A stretch of 64,000 nucleotides of DNA from an uncultured Spirochaetales bacterium (GTDB lineage Bacteria > Spirochaetota > Spirochaetia > DSM-27196 > DATKUC01), in contig CAZNYW010000003.1 in NCBI GenBank assembly GCA_964577375.1, positions 40,802-104,801 of the forward strand, read 5' to 3'. Both the position numbers and the translations under genes were made by a program. This document shows positions 1 through 9,216 of the stretch, piece by piece (positions within the stretch are counted from its first letter, which is position 1; each line of letters opens with the position of its first letter). The notes beneath the pieces were generated by a model. The model searched no databases, had not been told where the DNA came from, and saw only the letters and a list, made by a program, of their open reading frames with translations.

Positions 1-531
1 CGCAACGTCAACTACTACCGGCTCAATCTGACCGGCAAGTATTTCCTTCCGGTCTACGAAGTGCAGCCGACCGGCCGCGGCAACGTCTTCGGACTCTACC
101 TCGGCGACCGTTTCATCGCAGACTATTTGTGGGGTTCGGGAATTCCGCTTTCGGTCCGGCAGCAGACGGGCGGAATTAGTCCGGCGGACGGAATGGGTGA
201 CGCGGTGCGCGGACTCGAGAAAAACCGCTTCGATGCGAACCTGAAGATCATCAACAACCTGTCGCTGCGCGCCACCTTTCCCCCGCTCGTAAACCGGAAC
301 ATCGTACCCGGAGCCTATCTCTTTTTCGACTCAGGCTACTACAGCGGAATGGCTCAGGCGCCTGCCGGCCCGGACGACAGCGGTTTCGTCGCCTCTGCCG
401 GCGCGGGACTCTCGGTCGACTTTCTCGACCTCGGCGATGCCTCCATTTACACAGCCTACCTGCTGACCGGGAACCTGGTCGCGGGCGGGTCGTGGACACC
501 CATTTCGATAGAGCTCGGCCTGCACTATTAG
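1..531 (+). CDS. C-terminal fragment of an outer-membrane beta-barrel protein (Omp85/surface-antigen-like); the ORF enters from upstream of the window
   Basis: Frame 1 is open from nt 1 (RNVNYYRLNLTGKYF...) to the stop at 529-531. Alternating beta-strand-like pattern, Gly/aromatic rich, and an aromatic C-terminus (...SIELGLHY) typical of OM barrels. Family assigned by eye only. Confidence 0.45.
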   Translation, partial: RNVNYYRLNLTGKYFLPVYEVQPTGRGNVFGLYLGDRFIADYLWGSGIPLSVRQQTGGISPADGMGDAVRGLEKNRFDANLKIINNLSLRATFPPLVNRNIVPGAYLFFDSGYYSGMAQAPAGPDDSGFVASAGAGLSVDFLDLGDASIYTAYLLTGNLVAGGSWTPISIELGLHY

Positions 532-608
532 CTTGACGAAGAAAAGGCAAAAGGCATAGTCTGTGCCAGTCTTCGACAGCCCCTTATCGTGTTCAGGAAG
601 GAGTGTTC

Positions 609-2672
609 ATGGCCGTTGTTTTCGATCCTGTCACCGGGCTCGCGCTGGGAGACCCCGAAGCCGACGTACTCCGCGGCGCTGACGCGCTCGCTGACGCGTT
701 CCGCGTCGGCGACAGGGATCGTGACACCGAAATTCCATACAACTCGACATCCCCCGACCAGGAACGGGTCCTTCGTGCCGTCCGAGAGGCCCTGGACTCC
801 TACATTCTCTCGGTATCCGGTTTCCGGAAGGTGTGCGCGGCGGACGGCGACGAGGAGAGCTCGACGGCCGAAGTCTCTGTGGAGGACAGACTCCTCGCGG
901 CCTGCTTCAGCCTCTCGTTCGTCGACATGCTGAGCGAAAAGCGAGCCGGAGCTCATTCCGGACGGCTGTCTGTAGCCGTCGGCATCGACGCCCGACCCAC
1001 CGGTCCGGCGATCGGCGACGCGGTAATCCGTGCTCTCATCGGCACGCGGGTAACGGTACGCTACCTTTTCATCGTTCCCGCCCCTGAGATCATGGCCTAC
1101 GTCCGGAACGACCGGGAGATCGACGCCTTCATTTACATCTCAGCGAGCCACAATCCGCTGGGACACAACGGCATCAAATTCGGCCGCAACCGCGGCGGGG
1201 TCCTCGAACCGGACCACGCGAAGGAACTGATCCGCCGGATTCGTGCCGGATTCAGCTCGCCCGAATCCGCCTGGGAGAGGCTGGCGCAGGCCGCATTGCG
1301 AATCCGGGAGGCGGGTACAGAACCGGTCCGCCGCTGTTTCGAGCAGATGCCGGCGTGGAAAACGGCCGCCGATGAGAGCTACGCCCGTTTCACCACTCAG
1401 GTTGTGACCGGCTCGGATAGGGGCGAAGTTCAGAACAGGATTCTCGGTGAGCTCCAGGAGGCACTCGCGGCAAACCCCGTGGGGGTCGTCGGAGAGCTGA
1501 ACGGCAGCGCCCGGTCAACCGGGATCGACGGCCGCTTTCTCTCGTCCTGCGGCGTGAAGGTCTCCCTGGTGAACGACACTCCCGGACAGGTGGTTCATCG
1601 CATCGTTCCCGAGGGGGAGTCACTCGAACCGGCTCGACTGGAGCTCGAGCGTCTCGCCCGCACCGACCCCCGCTTCCTGCTCGGCTACGTTCCGGACAAT
1701 GACGGCGACCGCGGCAATCTTGTCTATTACAGCGCTGCCGACCGGTCGGCGAAGATCCTCAGCGCGCAGGAGGTCTTCGCCCTCTCGTGTCTGTCGGAGC
1801 TAGCCTGGCTCGTCTACACCGGCGAGGTTTCCTACGACGAGCGTGGAAAGGCGCGACAGAAGGTCGCGATTGCCGTCAACGGCCCGACCTCACTCCGAAT
1901 CGACCGGATCGCCGACGCCTTTGACGCCCGGGTGTTCCGCGCGGAGGTCGGCGAGGCGAACGTGGTGGAGCTTTCCCGGCGTCTTCGCAAGCGCGGCTAC
2001 ATAGTGCGCATCCTGGGCGAAGGCTCCAACGGCGGAAACATCACCTATCCTGCAGCGGTCCGGGACCCGCTCAACACCGTGCTCGCCATGGTGAAGCTTC
2101 TCGCCCTTCGCTCCTCCGGCGACCGTCCCGGACTCTTCGATATCTGGTGCTCCCGCATCGGCCGCCCCTCCGTCGGGGGGAAAGGCCTTGATCTCGGGAC
2201 AATCCTTTCCACCCTCCCCCGCTTCCAGACAACCAACGCCTTCGATCCCCGTGCGCTACTGCACGTAAAGACGAAGAATCACGGCCTTCTCAAGGCGGAG
2301 TACGAGTCCGTCTTTGCCGCTGAATGGCAGGCGAAGAGGTCCGAGCTAGCCCGCCGCCTGGGCATCCACACCTGGAAAGAGATCAATTACGACGGTGTCG
2401 CGGAAAAACAGGGAGTCGGCAAGGCGTTTCGCACGCCTCCTGAACGGGGAGGCTTCAAGATAGTGTTCAAGGACGACAAAGGCCACGTTTCGGCGTTCAT
2501 CTGGATGAGAGGCTCCGGCACCGAGCCGGTCTTCCGCGTTATGGCCGACGTCGAAAGCGAGCGGCCGGAAGACGAGGAGTATCTTCTCTCCTGGCACGTG
2601 GACATGGTCGGCCGTGCGGACGCCGCAGCATCGGCGGGCGAAGACTCGACCGTCGAGCAGACCGTTCGATAG
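609..2672 (+). CDS. alpha-D-phosphohexomutase superfamily protein (phosphoglucomutase/phosphomannomutase-like)
   Basis: Phosphoserine loop SASHNPLGHNGIKF, Mg loop PDNDGDRG, and phosphate-binding MRGSGTEP. The ATG at 609 lies 5 nt after AGGAAGGAG; the track start at 603 is an in-frame GTG. Confidence 0.85.
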   Translation: MAVVFDPVTGLALGDPEADVLRGADALADAFRVGDRDRDTEIPYNSTSPDQERVLRAVREALDSYILSVSGFRKVCAADGDEESSTAEVSVEDRLLAACFSLSFVDMLSEKRAGAHSGRLSVAVGIDARPTGPAIGDAVIRALIGTRVTVRYLFIVPAPEIMAYVRNDREIDAFIYISASHNPLGHNGIKFGRNRGGVLEPDHAKELIRRIRAGFSSPESAWERLAQAALRIREAGTEPVRRCFEQMPAWKTAADESYARFTTQVVTGSDRGEVQNRILGELQEALAANPVGVVGELNGSARSTGIDGRFLSSCGVKVSLVNDTPGQVVHRIVPEGESLEPARLELERLARTDPRFLLGYVPDNDGDRGNLVYYSAADRSAKILSAQEVFALSCLSELAWLVYTGEVSYDERGKARQKVAIAVNGPTSLRIDRIADAFDARVFRAEVGEANVVELSRRLRKRGYIVRILGEGSNGGNITYPAAVRDPLNTVLAMVKLLALRSSGDRPGLFDIWCSRIGRPSVGGKGLDLGTILSTLPRFQTTNAFDPRALLHVKTKNHGLLKAEYESVFAAEWQAKRSELARRLGIHTWKEINYDGVAEKQGVGKAFRTPPERGGFKIVFKDDKGHVSAFIWMRGSGTEPVFRVMADVESERPEDEEYLLSWHVDMVGRADAAASAGEDSTVEQTVR

Positions 2673-2840
2673 GAATCGGCAGACGCGGTTAAGCCGAACG
2701 GCCGTTCGCCTTGTCGGCGGAGTGCCGACGGCGCTATGTTTGTATAGGTGGGGTTTCATCGAGCCAATCAGGTACCAGATTGCATCCGCCGCTTTGTACC
2801 GTGATTGACCGAAACAGAAAAACGGGATACCAGGTAAACA

Positions 2841-4709
2841 ATGCAGAAAGAAAAGACGTCGATAACAAAAATCGGCTACCTCGACGGCCAACGGCTGAAG
2901 CGGGCTCTCATCGCCGGCGCAAAACGCGTCATCCGGTTTCGCGATCAGCTCAACAGGATCAACGTCTATCCCGTTCCTGACAGCGACACCGGTACCAATA
3001 TGGCGGGGACGCTGCAGTCGATCATTCAGGCGCTTACGCCGCTCACCGACCGCTCACTTGCGGTCGTGACACGGACTGCGGCCGACTCCGCGCTGCTCGG
3101 TGCGCGGGGCAACAGCGGCACGATCCTTGCTCAGTTCTTCCATGGCATGGCGGAAGAGCTCAAGAACCACACCAATATAAATACCGCCTCGTTCGCGACC
3201 GCGGTGGGCAAGGCGGTAAAATACGCATATCAGGCCATCGCGGCGCCGGTCGAGGGAACGATACTTACCGTGCTCCGACAATGGGCTGAAGGTATGGCCG
3301 AGTACGGGCGCAGGACAACGGATTTCGCCAGGCTGCTCGGTGAATCTCTCGGCGCCGCGCGGACGGCGCTCACTGCAACCAGGGAACGGCTTCCCTCGCT
3401 GCGTAAAGCGGGCGTCGTCGACGCCGGAGCGCAGGGGTTCGTCCACCTGATCGAAGGCATCACTACCTTCATCGACGACGGAAAGATCCGCGAGCTGGAG
3501 GAGAGCGCCACCGGAGCGGTGATAGCGGAAGAATCGGCTGCGGTTTTCGAAGGGGATCTCACCTTTCGCTACTGCACCGAATGCATGATCGACGGTGTAA
3601 TGATCGATCAATTGGCGCTCCGCGACCGCCTCAGCCCTCTCGGGGATTCGCTGATCGTCGCAGGGTCCACCGAGCGGACCAAGATTCACATTCACACCGA
3701 TGACCCGGCCGCGGTCTTCGCCGTCGCCCGCGAGTATGGACGTTTGAACTCGCACAAGGCGGACGACATGAAGAAGCAGCACGCGGCAGCACACACCGAG
3801 CACGTCGACGTCGCTATCGTGGTCGATTCCGCCTGCGATCTGCCCGTCGACCTCGCCGATAAACCCTTCATCCACATGGTTCCCCTGAAGGTCATCTTCG
3901 GCGAGGAGACTTTCGTCGACAAGATATCGCTCACTGCGGATCAATTCTATTCGCTTCTGCGTGAGAATCCGAAGGTATTCCCCACAACATCCCAGCCCGC
4001 TCCCATCGATTTTCAGAAGAGCTTCGCCTTTCTTGCGGACCATTACCGCGATATCCTGGTGATTTCGCTCTCCGGTGGTCTAAGCGGCACCTACGGTTCG
4101 GCAAGCTCCGCGGCGGCGCTCATGGACCTGAAGGGCCGCATACGGGTCGTCGATTCGGTAAATGTATCAATCGGCATCGGGCTTATCGTGCGGCGCGTCT
4201 CCGAGGCCGCCGAACGGGGAGCAGACCTCGACGAGCTCGAAAAGCTCGCCGGCAGCCTCGCCCGGCGAACACGCCTCCTCGTGACGGTCCGCGGCGTGGA
4301 CATGCTGGTTCGAGGCGGCCGCGTCAGCAGAACCAAGGGATTGCTTGCGCGGCTGCTCGATCTCAAGCCGATCATCGCGCTCGACGACGAGGGCAAAGCG
4401 GGCCCGATAGCCATGACCCGCGGCGTCGCCTCCGGAAAGCGCAGGATTCTGTCGATGCTGAAGGAGCGCCTGCCCGGATCGGTCGCCCCCGACGAAACTG
4501 CTGCCGAAAAGGCCCGCGCGGTCGATTTCGCGATAGCGCACGTGGACAACCGCGAGGATGCCGAATGGCTTGCCGAAGAGCTCGAGGCAACCTTCCGCAT
4601 CGACCGCCCGATTTTCATCCGCGACGCCGCCCCCGTGCTCGCCACCCATACCGGTTTCGGCACCATCGGCCTCGCCTACATCGAACCCGAGCCGGTGACC
4701 GGGGGCTGA
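2841..4709 (+). CDS. DAK2 (DhaL/FakA-N-like) domain fused to a complete DegV/FakB fatty-acid-binding domain
   Basis: N-terminal DSDTGTNM and GNSG motifs of DAK2/DhaL, a central ...FRYCTECMI...IHIHTDDP segment as in YloV/FakA, and a canonical DegV C-terminus (VAIVVDSACDLP...PTTSQPAP...SLSGGLSGTY). Confidence 0.85.
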   Translation: MQKEKTSITKIGYLDGQRLKRALIAGAKRVIRFRDQLNRINVYPVPDSDTGTNMAGTLQSIIQALTPLTDRSLAVVTRTAADSALLGARGNSGTILAQFFHGMAEELKNHTNINTASFATAVGKAVKYAYQAIAAPVEGTILTVLRQWAEGMAEYGRRTTDFARLLGESLGAARTALTATRERLPSLRKAGVVDAGAQGFVHLIEGITTFIDDGKIRELEESATGAVIAEESAAVFEGDLTFRYCTECMIDGVMIDQLALRDRLSPLGDSLIVAGSTERTKIHIHTDDPAAVFAVAREYGRLNSHKADDMKKQHAAAHTEHVDVAIVVDSACDLPVDLADKPFIHMVPLKVIFGEETFVDKISLTADQFYSLLRENPKVFPTTSQPAPIDFQKSFAFLADHYRDILVISLSGGLSGTYGSASSAAALMDLKGRIRVVDSVNVSIGIGLIVRRVSEAAERGADLDELEKLAGSLARRTRLLVTVRGVDMLVRGGRVSRTKGLLARLLDLKPIIALDDEGKAGPIAMTRGVASGKRRILSMLKERLPGSVAPDETAAEKARAVDFAIAHVDNREDAEWLAEELEATFRIDRPIFIRDAAPVLATHTGFGTIGLAYIEPEPVTGG

Positions 4710-4712
4710 CCC

Positions 4713-5441
4713 TTGGCGGTCCTCCACCTCATCACGATTGCGGTAATCTCCTATCTGCTCGGATCGCTGCCGACGAGCATCATCATCGGCAGGCTCTTTT
4801 TCCGCGTGGACATCCGCGAAAAGGGTTCGGGCAACGCCGGCGCGACCAACACCTTCCGGGTCTTCGGATGGAAGGCAGGTGTGGTCACCATACTGATCGA
4901 CGTGGGTAAGGCGGTCGTCGCTACGCTGTTTGTCTCGCAGCTGCCGGCGTTCGGCTCCGCCACCACGGCACCGTTTCTCGAGCCGGACGCGGTCCGTCTT
5001 ATCGCCGGCTGCAGCGCGGTTGTCGGCCACATCTGGACTGTTTTTGCCGGGTTCCGCGGTGGAAAGGGAGTCGGGGCCGCAGCGGGAATGGTTGTCTCAC
5101 TCTACCCGGTCGCGCTCCTCATCACTGTAGGTATCTTCGCCCTTCTCGTCATCTCCACCGGCATAGTATCAGTCGGGTCCATAATCGCAGCGCTGCTCTT
5201 TCCGGTGATCGTAACCCTTCTTCCGGAGACCGGTATCGGCAGCTTCTCTCCGCTGCTCTTCTGGTTCTCCATTCCCCTTGCGCTTCTGATCCTGTTCACT
5301 CACCGCAGGAACATCGGTCGACTGCTGCACGGAGAGGAAAACCGTTTCGAGAACCTGATGCTGTTTCGCAGGCTCTTTCGGCGGAGCGGGAACAAAAGGC
5401 AGGACGCAACGGATCAGAATGGTCAGGACGGGATGCGATAG
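4713..5441 (+). CDS. plsY: glycerol-3-phosphate acyltransferase PlsY (acyl-phosphate dependent)
   Basis: YLLGSLPTS...GSGNAGATNTFR signature and a multi-pass membrane profile. TTG start 4 nt after the upstream stop. Confidence 0.9.
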   Translation: MAVLHLITIAVISYLLGSLPTSIIIGRLFFRVDIREKGSGNAGATNTFRVFGWKAGVVTILIDVGKAVVATLFVSQLPAFGSATTAPFLEPDAVRLIAGCSAVVGHIWTVFAGFRGGKGVGAAAGMVVSLYPVALLITVGIFALLVISTGIVSVGSIIAALLFPVIVTLLPETGIGSFSPLLFWFSIPLALLILFTHRRNIGRLLHGEENRFENLMLFRRLFRRSGNKRQDATDQNGQDGMR

Positions 5442-6262
5442 CGGCCGGTGGCCTCTTCCTGCACAATCATTCCTTCGGCGATCAGCCCTTCGATCGCCCG
5501 CTCGAGCACGGGACCCTCGCTCCCGGTCTCGGCGACGAGCGCCGCAAGCGGCGCCGACTCCACCCGTGAAAGTGCCCGCACGATGCGGCCCCGTACCTGC
5601 CGATTGCTGTTTTCGAAGGGCGACTGCCGCGTGTAGTGCCGGCTTCGGCGGTTGGGGTTGGAAAAAAACGATGCGACGTGGACACCGTAGTCCATCAGTC
5701 CGTAGTACCACTCCCTCGGGTTTTCCCGGTCGAGCGAAACCTCGATGAGCGGCAGAATCTCGCGGTCCGATACCCGGTCGCGGTCGGAAAAGAAGAGATG
5801 GATGAAGACCCGGCGGATGTTGGTTTCGATGAAGACCACCGGCCGTCGGTAGGCGAAGGCGGCAATGGCCCCGGCGGAGCCCGGTCCTATTCCCGGCAGC
5901 GATTGGAGCGCCTCAGGATCGTCCGGCACCCTTCCGCCGAATCCGGCGGTTATCGTCCGGGCCGTTTCGTGGAGGTAGCGCGCGCGGCGGTTGTAGCCGA
6001 GCCCCTGCCAGAGCTGAACTACATCTCTCAGTGCGGCCGAGGCAAGACTGTCGATGCGGGGGAATCGTTCGAGGAACCGTGAGTAGTAGGGGACGACGCG
6101 GTCGGTCTGCGTCTGCTGCAGCATGAACTCGGACAGAAGGATTTCATAGGGATCTTCGGTTTCGCGCCAGGGAAAGCTTCGGCCGTGGTCACGAAAGTGG
6201 TTCCGGATGAGCGACCGGAACCGCTCTATCTGTTCGGGTCCGGTGAACGCAGTGCCCGCCAC
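5423..6262 (-). CDS. HhH-GPD family DNA glycosylase, MutY-like N-terminal domain, with no Fe-S cysteines and no NUDIX domain
   Basis: FPWRETEDPYEILLSEFMLQQTQ...WQGLGYNRRARYLH...LPGIGPGSAGAI matches the MutY/EndoIII HhH-GPD core. The protein contains no Cys. The C-terminus resembles a winged-helix domain. Confidence 0.75.
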   Translation of the reverse strand: MAGTAFTGPEQIERFRSLIRNHFRDHGRSFPWRETEDPYEILLSEFMLQQTQTDRVVPYYSRFLERFPRIDSLASAALRDVVQLWQGLGYNRRARYLHETARTITAGFGGRVPDDPEALQSLPGIGPGSAGAIAAFAYRRPVVFIETNIRRVFIHLFFSDRDRVSDREILPLIEVSLDRENPREWYYGLMDYGVHVASFFSNPNRRSRHYTRQSPFENSNRQVRGRIVRALSRVESAPLAALVAETGSEGPVLERAIEGLIAEGMIVQEEATGRYRIPS

Positions 6263-6269
6263 CGCAGCT

Positions 6270-7010
6270 TCACCTTCCGACAGGCTCGGCGTCGCGGTCG
6301 CAGATCCAGCGGAACGCCTCCTCTGGATCGAATTCTCCCATTCCGCCCCGATAGAGCAGCCCGGCCCGCTCGAAGCACTCCGGCAGCGGCTCGGCCACCA
6401 CGGTGGGAACCGCTACGCAGCTCATACCCGCTGACGCCGCGGCCTCCACCCCGTACTGTGAGTCCTCGACCACTATGCAGTCGCCAGGCTCGGTTCCCAG
6501 GCGGCGTGCGGCCTCGAGAAAGACGTCGGGTGCGGGCTTGCCTGCCGCCACCTCATCCGCCGAAACCACGACTTCGAAGAGCCCGCGCAGACCCGTGATA
6601 TCGAGAACCTCATGCAGGACTTCCGAAGAGCTGCCGGTGGCAATTGCAAGCGAGAAACCGCCGTTGCGCAGCAGCTTCACCAGCTCGACCATTTCCGGAA
6701 AGACGCGAGTATTTCGCCTTGCGACATCGAGGTATGCCAGATTCTTCTCTTCGAGCAGCTGCTCGACCGAAGCTTCGATGCCGGTCTCACCTCTCATCCA
6801 CTGAAGCATGGACCGGCTGCCGATGCCGACGAATCGCCGCCAGAGCTCTTCGGTCCACTCGACCCCGTAGCGGGCGAGGAAGAGCCTGTCCGACTCGAGG
6901 TAGTTGAACTCGCTGTCGATGAGCGTTCCGTCCAGGTCGAAGATAACCGACCGCTCCCGGCTGTCCGATGGCGGCCGCTCGGAAGGGAATTCATTTCTTT
7001 GATCAATCAT
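6270..7010 (-). CDS. HAD-superfamily hydrolase (beta-phosphoglucomutase/phosphatase-like)
   Basis: Motif I VIFDLDGTLIDSE, motif III/IV ...KPAPDVF...VVEDSQYGVEAA. Confidence 0.8.
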   Translation of the reverse strand: MIDQRNEFPSERPPSDSRERSVIFDLDGTLIDSEFNYLESDRLFLARYGVEWTEELWRRFVGIGSRSMLQWMRGETGIEASVEQLLEEKNLAYLDVARRNTRVFPEMVELVKLLRNGGFSLAIATGSSSEVLHEVLDITGLRGLFEVVVSADEVAAGKPAPDVFLEAARRLGTEPGDCIVVEDSQYGVEAAASAGMSCVAVPTVVAEPLPECFERAGLLYRGGMGEFDPEEAFRWICDRDAEPVGR

Positions 7011-7037
7011 GTTCTTCTTGTTCTCTATCCGGCGCGG

Positions 7038-8102
7038 CTACTTCGCGGGCTCCCGTTCCCGCCTCTTGCGGGCATCTTCGGCTTTCCGTGAAATACGGTT
7101 CCAGGTTCCGGCAAGCCCGATCGCCTTGCGGACTGCGTTTATCGTGCTCCGGGCCTCTTCACGCATTGCCATAGTTCCTTCGTAGATCACCTCGTCGACG
7201 TAACCGGCGCGGCTGGAGAAGTATTCGCGCCGCTCTCGGATGGGATCGAGAAAGCCGTTCAGCGCTGCCGCGAGCTTCTCCTTGACCTCTACGTCACCAA
7301 CTGCACCCCGGCGGTAGCGCTCCTTCAGCTCCTCCACCTCGGACCGGTCGGGATTGAATATGTCGTGGTACTGGAACACCGGGTTACCTTCCACCGTGCC
7401 GGGAATGTCGGCACGGATCCGTTTTGGATCGGTGTACATTCCCCGGACACGCTTTTCGACCGTACGGGCGTCGTCGGAAAGGAGGATGGTGTTGTTGAGC
7501 GACTTGGACATCTTCGCGTTTCCGTCGGTACCGACCAGCGTCGGGACCTCGCCCACCAGCACGTCGGGAATCGGAAAAACCTCGCCGTACAGATTGTTGA
7601 ACCTGCGGGCGATCTCCCGGGTGAGCTCGACGTGGGACTCATTGTCCTTCCCCACCGGTACCAGGTGAGCGCGCGGCAGAAGGATATCCGCCGTCTGCAG
7701 GACGGGATATCCGAGCAGCCCGAAGGGCATCTCGTTGAGGTTGGCGCTCTGGGCCATCTCTTTGAGACTCGGTATCCGCTGGAGCCGCGGAACCGTCACG
7801 AGCATCCCGAAAAGCAGGTTGAGCTCCGCAGTCTCCGGAACGGCCGACTGCAGGTATATACGGGATTTCGACGGATCGATTCCGCAGGCGAGATAGTTGA
7901 GCACCATGTCCCGTGCGTTCTCCGCGATCTGCTCGACATCCTCCCGGTCCGGTCTGGTTGTGAGGGTATGCAGATCGGCGATGATGAAGAAACATTCGTA
8001 TTTGTCCTGAAGCCGCACGCGGTTTGCAATCGACCCCACGTAGTGACCAAGATGGAGCCTGCCGGTGGGACGGTCGCCTGTGAGTATTCTTTTACGTTCC
8101 AT
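7038..8102 (-). CDS. trpS: tryptophan--tRNA ligase
   Basis: [18 protein letters not shown] (HIGH-type) and KMSKS motifs. I place the start at MERKRIL (nt 8102), because the 43-aa N-terminal extension in the track is low-complexity and overlaps the upstream gene. Confidence 0.93.
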   Translation of the reverse strand: MERKRILTGDRPTGRLHLGHYVGSIANRVRLQDKYECFFIIADLHTLTTRPDREDVEQIAENARDMVLNYLACGIDPSKSRIYLQSAVPETAELNLLFGMLVTVPRLQRIPSLKEMAQSANLNEMPFGLLGYPVLQTADILLPRAHLVPVGKDNESHVELTREIARRFNNLYGEVFPIPDVLVGEVPTLVGTDGNAKMSKSLNNTILLSDDARTVEKRVRGMYTDPKRIRADIPGTVEGNPVFQYHDIFNPDRSEVEELKERYRRGAVGDVEVKEKLAAALNGFLDPIRERREYFSSRAGYVDEVIYEGTMAMREEARSTINAVRKAIGLAGTWNRISRKAEDARKRREREPAK

Positions 8103-9171
8103 TCTGATTGAGCTCTTCCTTCTGCTTTGGTGTTCTGTTCCTGGGCGGCCGGACCCGGAAATTGCCCGTTCCCATAAGAACACCGGCAAACTCCAGACCC
8201 GGAATGTGCTCGAGGATGATCTTGAGCGCAACGGTCAGCGGGACCGACAGGAGCATGCCCATCACTCCCCACAACCAGCCCCACAATAGCAGGGAGAAGA
8301 GAATTATTACAGGGCTGAGGTTCAGATTGTCGCCCTGAAGCTTCGGTTCGGTAATGTTTCCGATGACGTTCTGGATCGCGAGCATCGCAAGCCCAACCCA
8401 GATTACGGGGTTCCAGTTGGGATAGAACTGGACGATTGCGAAAACCAGACTGACGGCACCGACCGCGATCGAGCCGATGCTCGGAACGAAATTGAACAGA
8501 AACGCGAGCACGCCCCAGATGAAGGCAAAGTCCAGCCCGATCAACCCGAATGCGCCCCAGACCAGGAGCCCCGTCACGAGGCTCACGATGAACTTGATGG
8601 TGAGGTACCGTCCGACCTGGTGATTGATGTGACCCAGTATCTTGTAGACCTTGTCGGTCCGCCTGCCCTGGATCGCATCGTGGAGCTTCTTCCGCAGGAA
8701 GGGCTTCTCCAGCAGGATGAAAAGCAGGTAGACGATGACCATGATGAGCCCGGCGAGAAATCCGACGAAGCTGCCGAAGAAGGACACGGCCGCGGAACCG
8801 AACGACTGTGCAAGATTGATGCGGTCGATAACGGGGGACGATATTTTGAGCGACTTGATTGTCAGCTCGACTATGTTGATAAAGCGTCGCTGGTAGCTCG
8901 GCCAGACCCGGATCATCGACTGAACGCTCGAGTAGAGCACGAGGCCGAGCAGAAAGCCGAAACCCAGAAAGAGCAGGATAACGACAATAATCGCGATGAT
9001 TCGCGGAAAACGCAGGCGGACGAGCGCCTCCACAATCGGCGAAAGCACGAAAGAGAGCAGCAGCGCAATCACGAGGGGAAGAACGATCGTAACGGTGAGC
9101 TTCAGCACCGCGCCGACTGCAATCGCGACCAGGACGATGAGAAGGCCTGTGATCACCCGATTGTGATTCAT
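8092..9171 (-). CDS. AI-2E family transporter (PerM/UPF0118)
   Basis: About 8 TM segments, with the conserved C-terminal ...[29 protein letters not shown] motif of the AI-2E family. Confidence 0.85.
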   Translation of the reverse strand: MNHNRVITGLLIVLVAIAVGAVLKLTVTIVLPLVIALLLSFVLSPIVEALVRLRFPRIIAIIVVILLFLGFGFLLGLVLYSSVQSMIRVWPSYQRRFINIVELTIKSLKISSPVIDRINLAQSFGSAAVSFFGSFVGFLAGLIMVIVYLLFILLEKPFLRKKLHDAIQGRRTDKVYKILGHINHQVGRYLTIKFIVSLVTGLLVWGAFGLIGLDFAFIWGVLAFLFNFVPSIGSIAVGAVSLVFAIVQFYPNWNPVIWVGLAMLAIQNVIGNITEPKLQGDNLNLSPVIILFSLLLWGWLWGVMGMLLSVPLTVALKIILEHIPGLEFAGVLMGTGNFRVRPPRNRTPKQKEELNQNGT

Positions 9172-9216
9172 GGCTGGACGTTACCAGAAAACGGTTGGTT
9201 GTGAATAGCGGTTGCC

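Noticed and set aside
7038-8231. Extended N-termini offered by the ORF track (TrpS from 8231, SH3b lipoprotein from 33402, Rel from 41028, XthA from 36936, V-ATPase A from 55087, rubrerythrin from 28230, OsmC from 20859)
   Set aside because: The extensions are non-conserved, overlap the upstream genes and lack SD sites. Internal Met codons with SD sequences coincide with the conserved protein N-termini.
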